Part shown: in pieces, positions 42,824 through 57,277 of the stretch
Layout of the letters: the number at the start of each line of letters is the position of its first letter
Position numbering within the stretch: the stretch's first letter is position 1
Source of the DNA: Fistulifera solaris
Taxonomy: Eukaryota
Assembly (NCBI GenBank): GCA_030295235.1
Contig: AP026172.1
Location: forward strand, 620,001-684,000
Direction of reading: 5' to 3'
Length of the DNA stretch: 64,000 nucleotides
Made by a program: the position numbers and the translations under genes
The notes under the pieces: generated by a model
What the model was told of the DNA's origin: nothing
Databases searched by the model: none
Seen by the model: the letters and a program-made list of their open reading frames with translations, nothing else

Positions 42824-45414
42824 CTAAGCGGAAGAAGAAGCCATCGCAGCGGAATTGTGTTCATCCATAATCATGGCCCCCCTTCCCCCCGCAGAGATGG
42901 TGGGTCTGGCTGGATTCATGCGGGTCACTTCCTCAACAGTTAACAAAACGCTTTGTAAAGCTTCTTGGTCCACTGGTTGTCCCATTAGACGGAGAAAACT
43001 TTTCACATGCGCAATGGCCATATCTGTACTTAAGTTTATGCACGAATCATCCATAAATTGCAAGATCCATTTCGGCAGTTTTGATCGTTTGTCATGACGC
43101 GTGTACCGACTGTCAGCGAGAATCATTAGCCCGTAGTCTGTTTTACTACGTATGACACGTCCTACGCACTGAGATGCTTGTCGAAGTGCGTCAAAGTTCA
43201 AAAAATCCTGTTCGCGAATCTGGTAATGTGTTTGTAAATACTCGAGGCGCGCTCGAAGAACGTGCGACAACGTGTACTGAAAGGGAACCCCAAAAATGAT
43301 CACGGCGCGCCCATAATGACGGTCAAAGTTGATACCTTCCGACACCTTTCCGCGTGCGACGGATAAAAATACTGCTCCTCTGCCGCAATCACAGGCTCGA
43401 CGATAGTTGTCAAGAGCCAACGTTGTTTCGACCACGTCTTTGGTTTCAATAAATACTAACTTTGATTTGGTAAGTTCACGTAAGATACCAATGGCGTCCC
43501 ATTCACTGATCAAAGACTCCATGTAGCTGTAGGACGTGAAAAAAGCAACTACCCCGTCCGGTATAGTGCTGCACAACTCAACCAGCATTGCGCCATAGTT
43601 ACGAACGACTCCCATGTCTCCGCGGTCTTCATACCTTGTCGACACAGCCAATTGATCGGATCCTCTCGTTATGACTAGAGGTCTAATACAAGGGCGAAAC
43701 GTTGACATGGATAGTGATTCAGAAATACACGGTTCGAACTGGAGCAACTTCGGATAGAGGTCAATTGGCGAAAGAGTGCCCGATGTGATAATAACGCTCC
43801 CGAAACGTTTGAAAAGGGGCGCTATTGCCAGAGAAGAATCAAGGCATGCAAGTTGAATCACTGGGTCTGTAACACCGGGAATCGCAGAGCTATTGGGTTC
43901 CATAATGATTGCAAATTTCGCAACCCCCTCGCTGTAGGTTGCCAATAAACTTACAAAATCTGCAATGTCTGTCAACGCGTTGTAATCGTCTAAATTCGAC
44001 ACTTGCAGTGTACGGAGGAGAGATGAAAGTCTTGAGTAAGCAAACTTTAACGGTTTGGTCTCTAAGCTAGTTCCATTCGTCATTCGATGCAAAAGGCGAG
44101 TGGCGTTTCGCTCCGAACCCCACCAGTAGGACCTGCCACGGATCGTAATCGAGTCTTCAAATGTTCAACGACTTTTCTCATGAACTGAACAAAATGCTCT
44201 GCTCGACGAATGTTACCAGGAACAGCTTCATTCAACACATCCGGATCGAGCACATTCTTGACAAACAATAACAGTAACGTGAGCACACAACTTGACAGTA
44301 TCTTTGTATGGCTATGCACACTTACACTTGCGAGAGCTGCATCATTTGCAGGAGCTTGTATCAGACCCTGGTCAATCAAGCCATTGACTAAATTTTGATA
44401 TTCTTGCTGCAATCTCTGACTATCGGACGCTTTCAGACGTGAGACTTCGGAACTCAATCTTCCCAAAGAACGGGTTGCTTGTTCTAAGCCACGATCATTG
44501 ATCGTTACAGACAAGGCTTCAATGCAAACCGAGTCGATGTTGTGCGCTTCATCAAAAACAACGATACTTTCCGCTCCGAGTTCCTTGGAAACCAGTTTTG
44601 CTACCTTGGGGTCCAACATGTATTGATAGTTGAACACCAGGATGTTAGCGTGATTGATCGCTTGTCGCGTCAAATAATAAGGACACCATCCACGAGACTT
44701 GCCCCACTTTTGCAATTCGTCCAAATCATACACACCACTTGGCATACTGGTGCTTTCCCCGGCTGCTTGGAAGTTATCGTAATAAGCACATGTTTCCATC
44801 GACCCCGGTTTCTTCTGACTGGCTTCAATGACCCATGAGGCTGTCATACTTCGACACGCCGAATCCACCGCTTCTCGATCGCTTTCGGCCATGACTCGTT
44901 CATGAATGCACATATTCCGTCGACTACTTAAACACAGCGCTAATACTCCACTCCCCCCGGCTCCGGCCCGACTGCTGGACGGACCCATCGGGGCCTTCCC
45001 AGAATCCTCCCGCCGATACACTTTCCGAGCTCGTTTGCTACTGCGATCTGCTGTTGTTCCACCGATATCCTCCATATCTCCCGAAGAACAACTAATCTCT
45101 ACTTCGGAAGGTTGTTCCGGATGCAGCATTCTGGCTCGGTAATCGAGAACCGTCGCCAATTCTTCCATGACGTGATTCATTTCGGGTACAGTTCGTGTGC
45201 AGTAAATCAGCTTCCCAGCCGAAGGATTGGCATATTGGTAGGATGTTATTAATGATAATAAGCAGACTGTCTTTCCTGTACCCGTTGGCATTTCGAGTAA
45301 GCAATGGCCTCCCGCATCGAGAGATTGTTTGAGGCATCGCATGTATTGATGCTGCTCTAAATAAATCCGATCGTACGGGAAGAAGACTTCTAAGCCATCT
45401 AAATCGAATCTCAT
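42824..45414 (-). CDS. XPD: TFIIH helicase XPD (ERCC2/RAD3)
   Basis: LEMPTGTGKT, LSSRRNMCIH, VFDEAHNID, ITSGTLSP, RGKVSEGINF, QCVGRVIRSK. Intron 44257-44325. Frameshift near 44092. Confidence 0.97.
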
Positions 45415-46138
45415 TTTAGAACTGGAAGTAAATTAGTTATCAAGTGCTTCGGTTGAATGACATAAGAAGTGAAGAGAAATACTAAACCTGACATGCAAGA
45501 TGCGAGCAAATGTGCCGCCATTGTGATGACCCACGATTTGGTGTGAAAAGGATGCGCATTCCTTCCGTCTATAAATTTTCTTTTTCTTAATTACAAGAAA
45601 CCGTTACAGACTGTTTACTTTTCGAGGTATAGTGATCAGGTGTCCACCGACGCCACCACTTTGTAATCTTTCACGGTCCACCCTTTTTGCTTTTACGAAC
45701 CAGCAACCAGTGATGGCTTGAGAATCAGCATTTAACACTCTTTTAAACCTGCAGCGGTTTAATTGAGTCATTACGGTTGTCATTTCGTTTCAAGTTTCCA
45801 GGTACGAGAAATGATAAGGCAATCGTCTAGTTCCACTACCTAAAATTATTAAAGTGAATATATATCAAAATTTTCATAAAGTTGGTTGCCTACCGTCTCA
45901 CTAAAATTGATTCTTCTCTTGCATTTTTCCAGAGAAGACTGTGGTGAGGCGGGATCGATGGGCCACATGTCATTCTTTGAAATCCCTTGTGGATCACTTT
46001 TTTTCATTCTATTTCGAACTAATCTTATTTATCAGCTACTTGGATAGAGTAAAAAAATTTTGCCGTTGAAATAAAGCCAGAATATTTGCTTTAAACTGAG
46101 TGTTAGTTGCGCGTTCGACGTTGGACTGGTACCGACAT

Positions 46139-46152
46139 GTTCCACGTGGAAC
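46139..46152. promoter_or_regulatory. 14-bp palindrome GTTCCACGTGGAAC (G-box core) upstream of cpn60
   Basis: Perfect palindrome ~210 nt upstream of the ATG. TGACGT at 46191-46196. Confidence 0.35.
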
Positions 46153-46346
46153 TACCGTTTCTGCTCGTATGTAGATTTCATACCAGTCACTGACGTACGG
46201 AGGAATCAAGATCTTGTTTCGGTCCATCACAAAAAAGACGATCCGCCAATCCACCGTCACCATCCATCAACAACTCCATTATCCTTGAACGATTGCCGTC
46301 TACCCGACCGGATAGTGTTTTATTACGTCTAAAAATAGCTAACTAA

Positions 46347-48209
<1,863 letters not shown>

Positions 48210-48294
48210 GGCTTGAAAATCGGCGGCTAGTAAATAAATACTTCTTTAGTTGTTAGAGATTGCTACAGTGACAAAATACCAACAAGCTTCATGT

Positions 48295-49877
48295 TTAGTA
48301 TCTGCCACCAAACTTGTCATTTAACTTTGACCTTCCACTCCCGTCTTGATCTTTCGGAGGACGCCACACGTCCGCCTCGCCTTTAACGGCAGGTTTTGCT
48401 GAGTTTACCGGGGGTACAACAGAAGGCGGTGGCATGGCAGGCCCCTTTATTACTCTCTGTCGCTTCTCTGGGCGGTCCACCGATGGCTCCGCCGTACTGA
48501 TTGCCGATGGTTGCATCGACCTTTCAACCTGTGCTGCGAAAGCTGGAGGCGGCATGGTGGGTAGGGTGAAACGGGGTGGTGGTGGCATAGATGGTTCAAG
48601 ACAGGTTGCAGCGAGCGATGGAGGTGGCATAGATATACTCATGTCTTTCGGTGGTACTAATTCAACGCTTCCATTTCTTTCCTTCACTCCAGAGATATCG
48701 GGTTTCACCAAAGAACCCTTGTCATTTCCGTTCATGTGATGCAACTGAATACGAGGGTTGGCAATTTTTAACAGTCGCTCTAGTTCTCCAAGACGTTTTT
48801 CCAATTCGTTTTGCTTCATGAGGAGTTGCTCTTTCTGTTCCACATTCATTTGAATATCATTTCGTACAAAGAAAAGTTCGTCTTCATCATTCAGTGCTTC
48901 AGCACGTTGCTGCAATTTTTCCAAGTTGCTTCCAGTTTGATCGATACTTTCGATCACACGCATTAACTCCGACTGGATTGCATTCCACTTGATACGCAAG
49001 GAATCTTCCGTTTCTCCCTCTGGATTAAGTGTATTCTCATCGGCGACTTGTTTTGTGCGATCATCGACTTCATCCTCTTCCTGTATCTCCGCTTCCATTT
49101 TCTTTAATATTCCTATCCGAGTGTTATTGTGATGTGTTGCGATGTTATGATCTAATTCTCTTTGTTTTTCTTCAATTTTTTCCTGCAATTCCGTAATGCG
49201 TTGTGAATTGCGTTGCAGTTGCTGTTCTTGTCCTGCTGTTAATCCATCGTAACCTTTTTGCTGTATGCGTTCCGATTCTTGCCGAATGTTGGCTAATTTC
49301 ATGCGCAAGGCTTTTAATTGATCGTACTCGTGGCGGTATTTTTCGGGTGTTTCTTCTTCTTCTTGTACTAGCTGTTGCCTTCCTCTAACGGTGGGTTCGC
49401 TCTCATCTCGCATGTCCACGTTTTTCAGCATTGGAGGAGTCTTCGCCACCCAAGTCAGTTTTTGTTTCCTCGTATAATCCGCCGGTCCTTCGACACAATA
49501 CAATCGCGTCGAAGCTCCGAATTGTAGAACATCCCCCGGCGAAACGACAATACCGCGGGCACCCGGCGTCGATCGATTACTTTCCTCCGAACCACAAGCT
49601 TCGGGGGCAACTTCCGTTTATTGCAAAACGTCCCATGCGTCGAACCCAAATCCCGCAACCATAAGGTCCCTGACAAATCAAAGGCCAATCGAGCATGCAG
49701 GCGCGAACAGCTTTCGTGTGCAACGGGGATCTGCACACAATCTTCGGCCCGTCCCAAAAAGGTACAAGGACGATGCAATGCGTGCTGCGCTATCGTTACG
49801 CCTTGTTTGATTTCGGTCAATGACCACGTCTCATCGGAGGGTGTCACGGCCCATGGCGGTGCTTGTGGATGTGGCAT
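48295..49877 (-). CDS. Kanadaptin (SLC4A1AP)-like FHA-domain coiled-coil protein
   Basis: FHA GR...HESCSRLHA...RDLGSTHGTFCN. Coiled coils. C-terminal WRPPKDQDGSGRSKLNDKFGGRY. Frameshifts near 49520-49610. Confidence 0.8.
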
Positions 49878-50248
49878 TTGTTGGTTTGTATTTGTTGGTG
49901 ATAGGAACTACCTGATACGGTTATTGGGTGCCAAATAATATCACAATCAGAATGTCATCAACGCGGTGAAAAAATGTTACATACCGCCGGCTCACCAGTT
50001 CCCACAATCTACCCTACCAACATCTTGACCACATGGCTGTACTTTCCACGTTTAGGGTTTGAGATATCGTACCTGCACGACTACCGAGGTCACTTACTTC
50101 ATTAAGGGTTGAGGTATTTCGCTACACACCAGTTCTGTACCATTCCGCAGCCAACGGCCACTTTTCTCCTTTTTATCTGCATGCGAAAGGATTTCAACAA
50201 AACGGAAGGCAAAGCCAAGCAACGCAATAACAAGTGTAAGACTATATT

Positions 50249-51413
50249 ATGTTACCTTATTTGCTTCCTCTGCTCCTTCTTCTTTTCTCTGAAAGTCATG
50301 CTTTTGTTCCGTTGAAAAAGGGACGACGACACGGCCGTCGTTTGCCGCACAAGACGACTTTGGGGGAAAACCACCCAGTAAAGGGGATTTATATTCACAA
50401 GAAGATTTGCAAGCTATTTTCGATTTACACAACAATTTGCAGGAATTTCGAGACAGATATCGGCCTGCGAAGTCTGTAGAGGATATACCGAATATTCAAG
50501 ATTTAGTGCAACAATTTCTACAAGAATCGACCATCGAGAAGGATGAAGAAACGACCAAACTTCAAAACATTCGCGCCATTGCTTCCGATGTCGATGGGAC
50601 CTTGTTGACGACGAATCACACGATGCATCCTCGAACTACAGCAGCTTTGGTGCAAATTCTTCAGCAAGTCCAAGATCCGCTGTCTCCCCTCCAATTCTTT
50701 TTTTTCTCGCTACGGGCAAAACACGTCCAGGAGCCTGGCATCATATGCCACCCGAATTACAATCACTGTTACAAACATGTCCGGGTGTCTATATTCAAGG
50801 CCTGTATTGTGTTAATTCCGAGCAACAAGTGGTGTTTGAACAAACCCTTTCCGCAGAATCTGTACAAGCGGCCGAACTCTTTGCAGCACAACATCAGTTG
50901 ACCTTGTTGGGATATCAGGCGGATCAACTGTATGCAACAGAATCATCCCATCCTTATCATGTACAAGAAATTCATTCAAAATACGGTGAACCGGAACCCA
51001 TTCTTGTACCGTCCTTTGAAGGACGAACCTGGCATAAATTAATTTTAATGGGCAGTGACAATGAAATGTTGCAACGTGTCTATAGGCCCTTGTGGGATAA
51101 CTTGGCCGAACGACACGGTGCTACCACGACACAGGCGGTCCCGCTCATGCTAGAATTATTGCCCGCGGGTTGCAATAAAGGAGTGGGTGTCGAACGTTTG
51201 TGTCACGAATTGGGCATTGATCCCCAAACGGAATTGTTGGCCGTGGGGGATGGTGAGAATGATAAGGAGATGTTAGAAATGGCGGCGTTGGGTATTGCGC
51301 TTGGGAATGCCGTTTCCGTCACCAAAAGTGTCGCGGATGTGGTGTTGACAGAAACCAACAATGAAGGAGCCGCAGGAATGGCGCTCGAACGTTATGTTTT
51401 GCAGCAGAGATGA
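50249..51413 (+). CDS. Cof-type HAD-IIB phosphatase with plastid-type presequence
   Basis: SHAF presequence, ASDVDGTLL, ATGK (in shifted frame), NKGVGV, AVGDGENDKEML, GNA. Frameshifts near 50360 and 50700. Confidence 0.85.
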
Positions 51414-51535
51414 TGATCAAGTGGTGAAAAGGAATGACTGCATTCATCAAAGTCTTCATAATAATGATACAATAGTTAAATTACAATTTGATTCTAATTT
51501 TACTAATAAGTAAAACAACGTCGATAGTTGATCCT

Positions 51536-52813
51536 TTAGCTACCGGTTCGTTTCGTTTGTGTAGGTTGGTTTGCTTCATTTGCGACGGTCACTTTTACGT
51601 CTACGCATTCCGCGGCCACTGATTTTTGTTGCTCTTGCTCTTCTTTAGCATGCAGTTTGGATACGACCTTATGCATGGCCTCTTGTAATTTGGCAATAGT
51701 TTCCAAACTATTCTCATTATACTTGTACAAGCCGTAGAACAGATCAAAACTGTCGGCTGTAGTACTCCCTACGAGTTTTAAGACGGATTGAAAGCCGCTG
51801 GTATCAATGGGTGTCTCGGTCAATCCTTGACTGCCTAGTACTCGTCCTATGAGATGCGTCACAAACTGTGAATTGGCGGCGTATTCGTCATGTTCTTTGC
51901 AACTCATGGGCACCATACGACAACCTTCCTCTTCCCAAATGGATAAGAAGCGTTCCATACGATCGACTCCTTCGACGTGTGCCTCACTGTCTTCATGAAC
52001 GGAATGCATCTTCCCCCCGGTTGCTTCTTTTAACTGTTCTGGATCCCCACTACTACTTTGCGCCGCGTCAAGGATAATCTTATCAATACGAGTTTTCTCG
52101 TAAACAAAATTCAAATGATTCCAACCATTTTTTCCCGAATCGGGACCAAACATGGGATGCGTGCAAAGAATGTCACATTCTTCCGGTAGCAGCTCAATCA
52201 TGACTTTACGGGCGTGTTCTTTCACGGACAAGACATCCACAATCAAGGGGCCACGAACATCACCTCCGGTCAATTCTTTCCGCCGCCGTAGGTCTTGATC
52301 CAAAAAAGGAGCAAATTCTTCCAATGTAGATCGGAAACTCAATATACTGACAGCAAAAACAATGACATCGAGATCATGTGCAAGAAACGCCACCGGATCC
52401 GACAAGGGAACATACGTGACACCCAATCCAGCGGCCAAATCGGTGTAATCGCTCCGACTCGTCGCGACGACCGTCGCATGTTTCGCAAAGGTTTGTGCAA
52501 TAAATTGTCCGAATCGACCAAATCCGACAATTCCAATTTTGAGTGGCCTCGAACGCAAGGCCGATAGTTTCTCTCGTCGCACCGCCGCCAATTGCGCCGA
52601 CAATTCCGCCTCCATTTGTTTCAATTCTTCCAATCGGCCGGGTTCTAATTTTCCGTAGTAGTGATCATGATCGTCGGCAGCTGATTGGAATAATTTGATT
52701 CGTTTATTGTTGGTAGAATAATCTGACATGTCACCCGCTTTCACATAGAACGCCGAAGTCACTTCTCGGAACCAAAAGATTACCAGAGAAAAAACAATTC
52801 GTTGTCGTTTCAT
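51536..52813 (-). CDS. tyrA: Plant-type arogenate/prephenate dehydrogenase, plastid-targeted
   Basis: TSAF presequence, IGIVGFGRFGQF, DVLSVKE, THPMFGP, EHDEYAANSQFVTH, DSFDLFYGL. Confidence 0.92.
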   Translation of the reverse strand: MKRQRIVFSLVIFWFREVTSAFYVKAGDMSDYSTNNKRIKLFQSAADDHDHYYGKLEPGRLEELKQMEAELSAQLAAVRREKLSALRSRPLKIGIVGFGRFGQFIAQTFAKHATVVATSRSDYTDLAAGLGVTYVPLSDPVAFLAHDLDVIVFAVSILSFRSTLEEFAPFLDQDLRRRKELTGGDVRGPLIVDVLSVKEHARKVMIELLPEECDILCTHPMFGPDSGKNGWNHLNFVYEKTRIDKIILDAAQSSSGDPEQLKEATGGKMHSVHEDSEAHVEGVDRMERFLSIWEEEGCRMVPMSCKEHDEYAANSQFVTHLIGRVLGSQGLTETPIDTSGFQSVLKLVGSTTADSFDLFYGLYKYNENSLETIAKLQEAMHKVVSKLHAKEEQEQQKSVAAECVDVKVTVANEANQPTQTKRTGS

Positions 52814-53275
52814 AAAAAGTCTATATATATTCCTTTCTCTACAAGCACTGATTCGATTGATATCTAATCTATTATATCTGATTTATATCCATGCCGATCG
52901 ACTCAGGCGTGCCCATATGATGTGTTGTTGAAACGTGAAGTACCACAGGTTTATTCGTCATCATCGTCATCGCGTCGGCATCTTCGGCAACGGATGGTTC
53001 CTCGTCGTTCCCGAGTAATGGTGCTGCGACTTGTTTTCCTTTCTTTCTATCGTAAAAAAAACAAACCAGTACTTGTAAGACACTTTTTATTTATACAAAA
53101 AAACAGAAACGTACGACGTGCACGCTGTTCCATTTGGGCTTTAGGCACCAAGAAAAATCCGACACTTTTTCGTCCTGTCTATTATACTATTTTTCTTTGA
53201 GACATTACATTCTCATTAGTTGCTGGTTCCACAAACCTTCAAACCAGTTACATTTTACTTTTAAGACTTCAGATT

Positions 53276-53906
53276 ATGGGAAAGCGGAAAGAAGGCGAGA
53301 CAAAAGAGGAAAGGAGAGAAAGGAAGCGACTCAAAAGGAAGCCAAACGGCGGTCTTCCGACGCTCCGTTTCTAGCCCACGGCCCCGATAGTCAGGGAGAT
53401 TCTATCCCGGTATTCTTTCGAAAATCCATTGAAATGAATGTATCATTATTACCGTCAGCACTCTCCGATGTGAAGATGAATATTGAAGATTCCTTACGAG
53501 CGTTCTTGCTCAAATACTCCGTAGGAGTGAAAGGCATTCTCTTGGCCTATGATAATGTAGAACTCCTGGGAAAAGGCGCGATTTTCAATGAATTGCCGCA
53601 TATTCACTATCAAGTATCCGTGGATGCGGTCGTTTTTGCTCCGTCGTCCGGTTGTTCCCTCGAGGGCGTGGTCACGGAAGCATCGTTTCCATCTCATCTT
53701 TCCTTGACCGTTCTCAACTATTTCAATGCGAGTATAGCCGCACAAGAAATGAAAAACGCTGGTTTTGAGTTTGAAAATGAAGCATGGACGTACCATGGGA
53801 GATCATTCGAGAAAGGCGATGCGGTTTCCTTTGTTTGTCAGAAAATGTACGAGTCGGGGGCATTATCTCTATAGCTGGATCGAATCCCAGCCCGTCAGAA
53901 CGCTAG
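53276..53906 (+). CDS. RPA43: RNA polymerase I subunit RPA43-like
   Basis: LLKYS..VKGILLAYDNV, PHIH..V....VVFAP..G..LEGVV, SHLSLTVLNYFNASI. Frameshifts near 53335 and 53857. Confidence 0.75.
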
Positions 53907-53929
53907 ACAAAGTGTAAATAGTTTTCGTA

Positions 53930-55664
53930 CTACAACTTATCGGAGTGCACATAGTCTTTGAAAAGAAACAAATCGATCTTTTGATGGAGTTTCCGTTCTT
54001 TGCGAGCAAGAACAAAAATGCCGAGAGTCGACATTCCAATCATGATCCCCACTCGAACCAGTAAGGCATTGATCAAAGTCCGAGTCGTTACCCGGATTGC
54101 AAAAGGTAGTGACTCCAACGTCAGTAGTCCGATAAAAGAAAATACCGAAGCTCCAAGGGCTCCTTGCAAGGCCGTCTTTAGAAAGCCTGTTCTTGAGTGA
54201 CTTCGACGCGACTTTTGCAAGCTATTCAGACAGGTAGGACAATGTTTCGTGTGTGTATTGTAGCGATCGAGCATAACAGATCGTGGCAGGTCGTCGCCGT
54301 ATTGATTTTGGCCAACAACGGCATCTGCGAGAGAGCAGGATGAAGTCTCCCGTGTTTTCCGAGCAGCCGACTCCAAAAAATCGACGGTATGCTGACAAGA
54401 GCGTATCGGCAGAACTAGGTGTCGAATAGTCGCGGAAAGTAAGTCCCGCTTCACGCATGCGATTACCTTGTTTGTGCAGAAAAATACCGTCGCCATCGAA
54501 AATTTCGTGTGCAAAAAGATGGGCATTTGGTTTGCGAGGATCCGTGAGCCGTCGAAAAATGATCTGAAATAACTTGGCTTTGAGTGCACCCGGTGTAATC
54601 TGCTTCATAAACCCACGTAGATCAGCTACCTTAGGTACGGGGGCAGATCGAAATACATTGAACAAAAAAACTCGACTTCGGCCTTCCGATGTAGGACACA
54701 TAAAGAGCTCCACATGGGTGGCCCTTTCACCGAATATTCTCCGGTACCGAACGTGACTTGGTTCATAAAACCCGATTCGGGTCGACGCCTCAGCATTCGA
54801 TTTGGCGAACTGCATAATTACAGGATCATGCTGAGCAGCGTCTATGATTTCCACTTGATAGCGTGGCAGAACGGGATTGTAGGTCGGGTCTTCCTCTTTT
54901 TCCCACAGTGCTGCATCCTCGCGTTCTCGTTTCGAAAGCATACGTGTGGGTAAAGGGCCACCTTGTTCCCGCTTAAGACCCCCTACAGAATGATGTGAAA
55001 AAGGGAGGTGACTCAAGTCCAACAAGTTTTCTCCTAGAAGCTCAATACCATACGGAAGATCTCTCATGAAGCACGCTTCGTTGCCGAATCTTGCTACATA
55101 TTGCCGTACTAAAGGAGAAATAGGTAGTTGTATCTGGTCCGCCAGAGCCAAAGAGGATGGATCCATCCATACCCAAAGCATACCGGCTTCTTCTCTTGTT
55201 GGATATGTTTGTACCGCCGCAACTTTCTTTACATCCGTGACTTGAGGAAGTTTCGAACAAGCCCCGGTGATTGTATCAAACTCCCAACCGTGGTAGGCAC
55301 ACTGCAAGTGCCCCGTCGAAATCATCCGTCCTTCCGATAAGGGTGCAAAACGATGACTGCAACGATCGTCTAATACATTCCAAGATGCATTGGACTTTGC
55401 CGCTACGAGCGGTTTTCCGAGTACTTGCAGGGCATTCGGTTGAGTAGGCTTTAAAGAGATTAGAGCGGCAACCGGCCACCAGTTTTGATGCACTGGACGT
55501 ATGGGGTCCGTCGAGTCTTCTTCTGCGTCGTGCTGATGATGCATCTTCTGTTGACCCGTGGAGACCGCATACAAGTTCACATTATTTGGACTTCCCTTTT
55601 GTACAGAAAAGGCAACCGATGTGGGCAGCAAAACGACAAGTAACCTGCAAGCAGTAACCAACAT
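53930..55664 (-). CDS. Rieske/mononuclear-iron oxygenase of the PAO/TIC55/PTC52 family, plastid-targeted
   Basis: SVAF presequence, DRCSHRFAPLSEG, CAYHGWEF, ENLLDLSHLPFSH, RYNTHTKHCPTC, two C-terminal hydrophobic helices. Frameshift near 54378. Confidence 0.9.
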
Positions 55665-56099
55665 TTTGATGTTCGTTATTCCGCAGAATCTCCACCTCGC
55701 TCTATTCATGAAGACTTGATCTGTGGCACTATCCAAAGAGGTTTAGTTTAATGCTTATTGAGAATAGAGAAGTTCGCTGGCAACAAGCATTATATTCTAA
55801 AGAAGAAAATGAATTGAGATACCTTCGCGCGTCTGTGGATCGTCGGGCAGTTGTCATTGACAGTAAGGTTCAGCATTTTCACTGCAGTGAATGGTTCACG
55901 GTCTGTACATAAAACTAAGCAGCTTCGAAGTGCTGCGCCTGCGCGCATGCAGAATATTCAAACAAAAGCGAAATGAGAAATCATGCGAAGGAGCCATGAC
56001 AAAGGTACCGGTACTGCTGACCATAAAGCTACCTTGATGATAAGAATAAAACCACACCAATATTTCCCTATAAAAAGTTAATTGTTTTGTGTATTCGTG

Positions 56100-57062
56100 A
56101 TGAAGCGACGGATTGACGGATTGAACAACAACAAATTTCTCTCCGTATCGTCGTCTTCGCACCAAAGTGTTCCATTTACACGCCATCGATTCAGTCAAGT
56201 GGTCGAACTCTTACTCTGCACTGCAGCTCTCGTCTTTTCTTGGGTCTTTTACGACTGGAAGCTTCGAGAACGACCGATACCTTACCAGTATCTCCCATCA
56301 TCTGGCGAATATGTCAAAGATCTTACTCATGACGAAAGTCTCAACTGCTTCTTGTGTGTCAATAATTTCTTCTTGCATTTGTTTTCCATATTTTGGCCCA
56401 TTCTGTTTCAATCGGGATGGATTCTCACGACTGGAACAGAAAAGTGGTTTGACGAACTGCACGCAATTATTTGTTGCAATTTTTCCGCCGTGGCAATGGT
56501 TTGGTTTGTTAGCTACGCGATCAAATGTCATGTCGGTTACCTTCGTCCTGTCTATTACAAGTACTGTGAGCCTTCTGAAGATTATCAAGAGTGTATTCTG
56601 AATAAGAGCTTTGTTCACTATTCGTTTCCCAGTGCGCACACGTCCGATGCCTTTTGTGGAATGACAATACTGGCATTGTTTTTGGATAGAACCTGGCGTC
56701 AATACAACACCAACCAACGTATTTGCAGAGCTATAATCAGTGACTTGGTGATTCCAGAGACTTCTTTGCAGACCGCCGGGTATATCGAACGTTTGGTATC
56801 GTTGCTGTGCGTCTTGGGACCTTTTTCGGTGGCATGCTTGGTGGGTTGCACCCGTGTATACAATAACTTCCACTATCCCGCGGATGTGCTTGCCGGGGCT
56901 ATTTTGGGAGCATCTATCTCTTTCTTCTGCTTTGGGTTGTGGTTTGATCATGGGCGCGATGTTTGTGTGGTGTATGTGTCCAAGGAGCTAAATCAGACGA
57001 TGCGCCATAGCAAAGAAGTGGTCTTGCCGCCCTCCGCTCAACAACAATCTCCATTGTCCTAA
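56100..57062 (+). CDS. PAP2 lipid phosphate phosphatase family membrane protein
   Basis: KCHVGYLRP (C1), SFPSAH (C2), TRVYNNFHYPADV (C3), about six TM segments. Confidence 0.85.
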   Translation: MKRRIDGLNNNKFLSVSSSSHQSVPFTRHRFSQVVELLLCTAALVFSWVFYDWKLRERPIPYQYLPSSGEYVKDLTHDESLNCFLCVNNFFLHLFSIFWPILFQSGWILTTGTEKWFDELHAIICCNFSAVAMVWFVSYAIKCHVGYLRPVYYKYCEPSEDYQECILNKSFVHYSFPSAHTSDAFCGMTILALFLDRTWRQYNTNQRICRAIISDLVIPETSLQTAGYIERLVSLLCVLGPFSVACLVGCTRVYNNFHYPADVLAGAILGASISFFCFGLWFDHGRDVCVVYVSKELNQTMRHSKEVVLPPSAQQQSPLS

Positions 57063-57277
57063 CGTTACAGACGTTGAGTAGGATGAACTGTAGGCTTTGT
57101 CAGCGCAAGCTGTCGCGGACCGAAAACTTGGTTTTTATTGTTTTTGATGCAAAAACATGACGAGTGGATGAGCAGCGTTTCAATTTGCTGAAGTGGTGAG
57201 CTGTTTCCGGTACTCTTCACAGTCCTTCACCCTTGCCGGATGATCTTCGTCTTCGAGCGAAGTACCTGAAACCTTTC

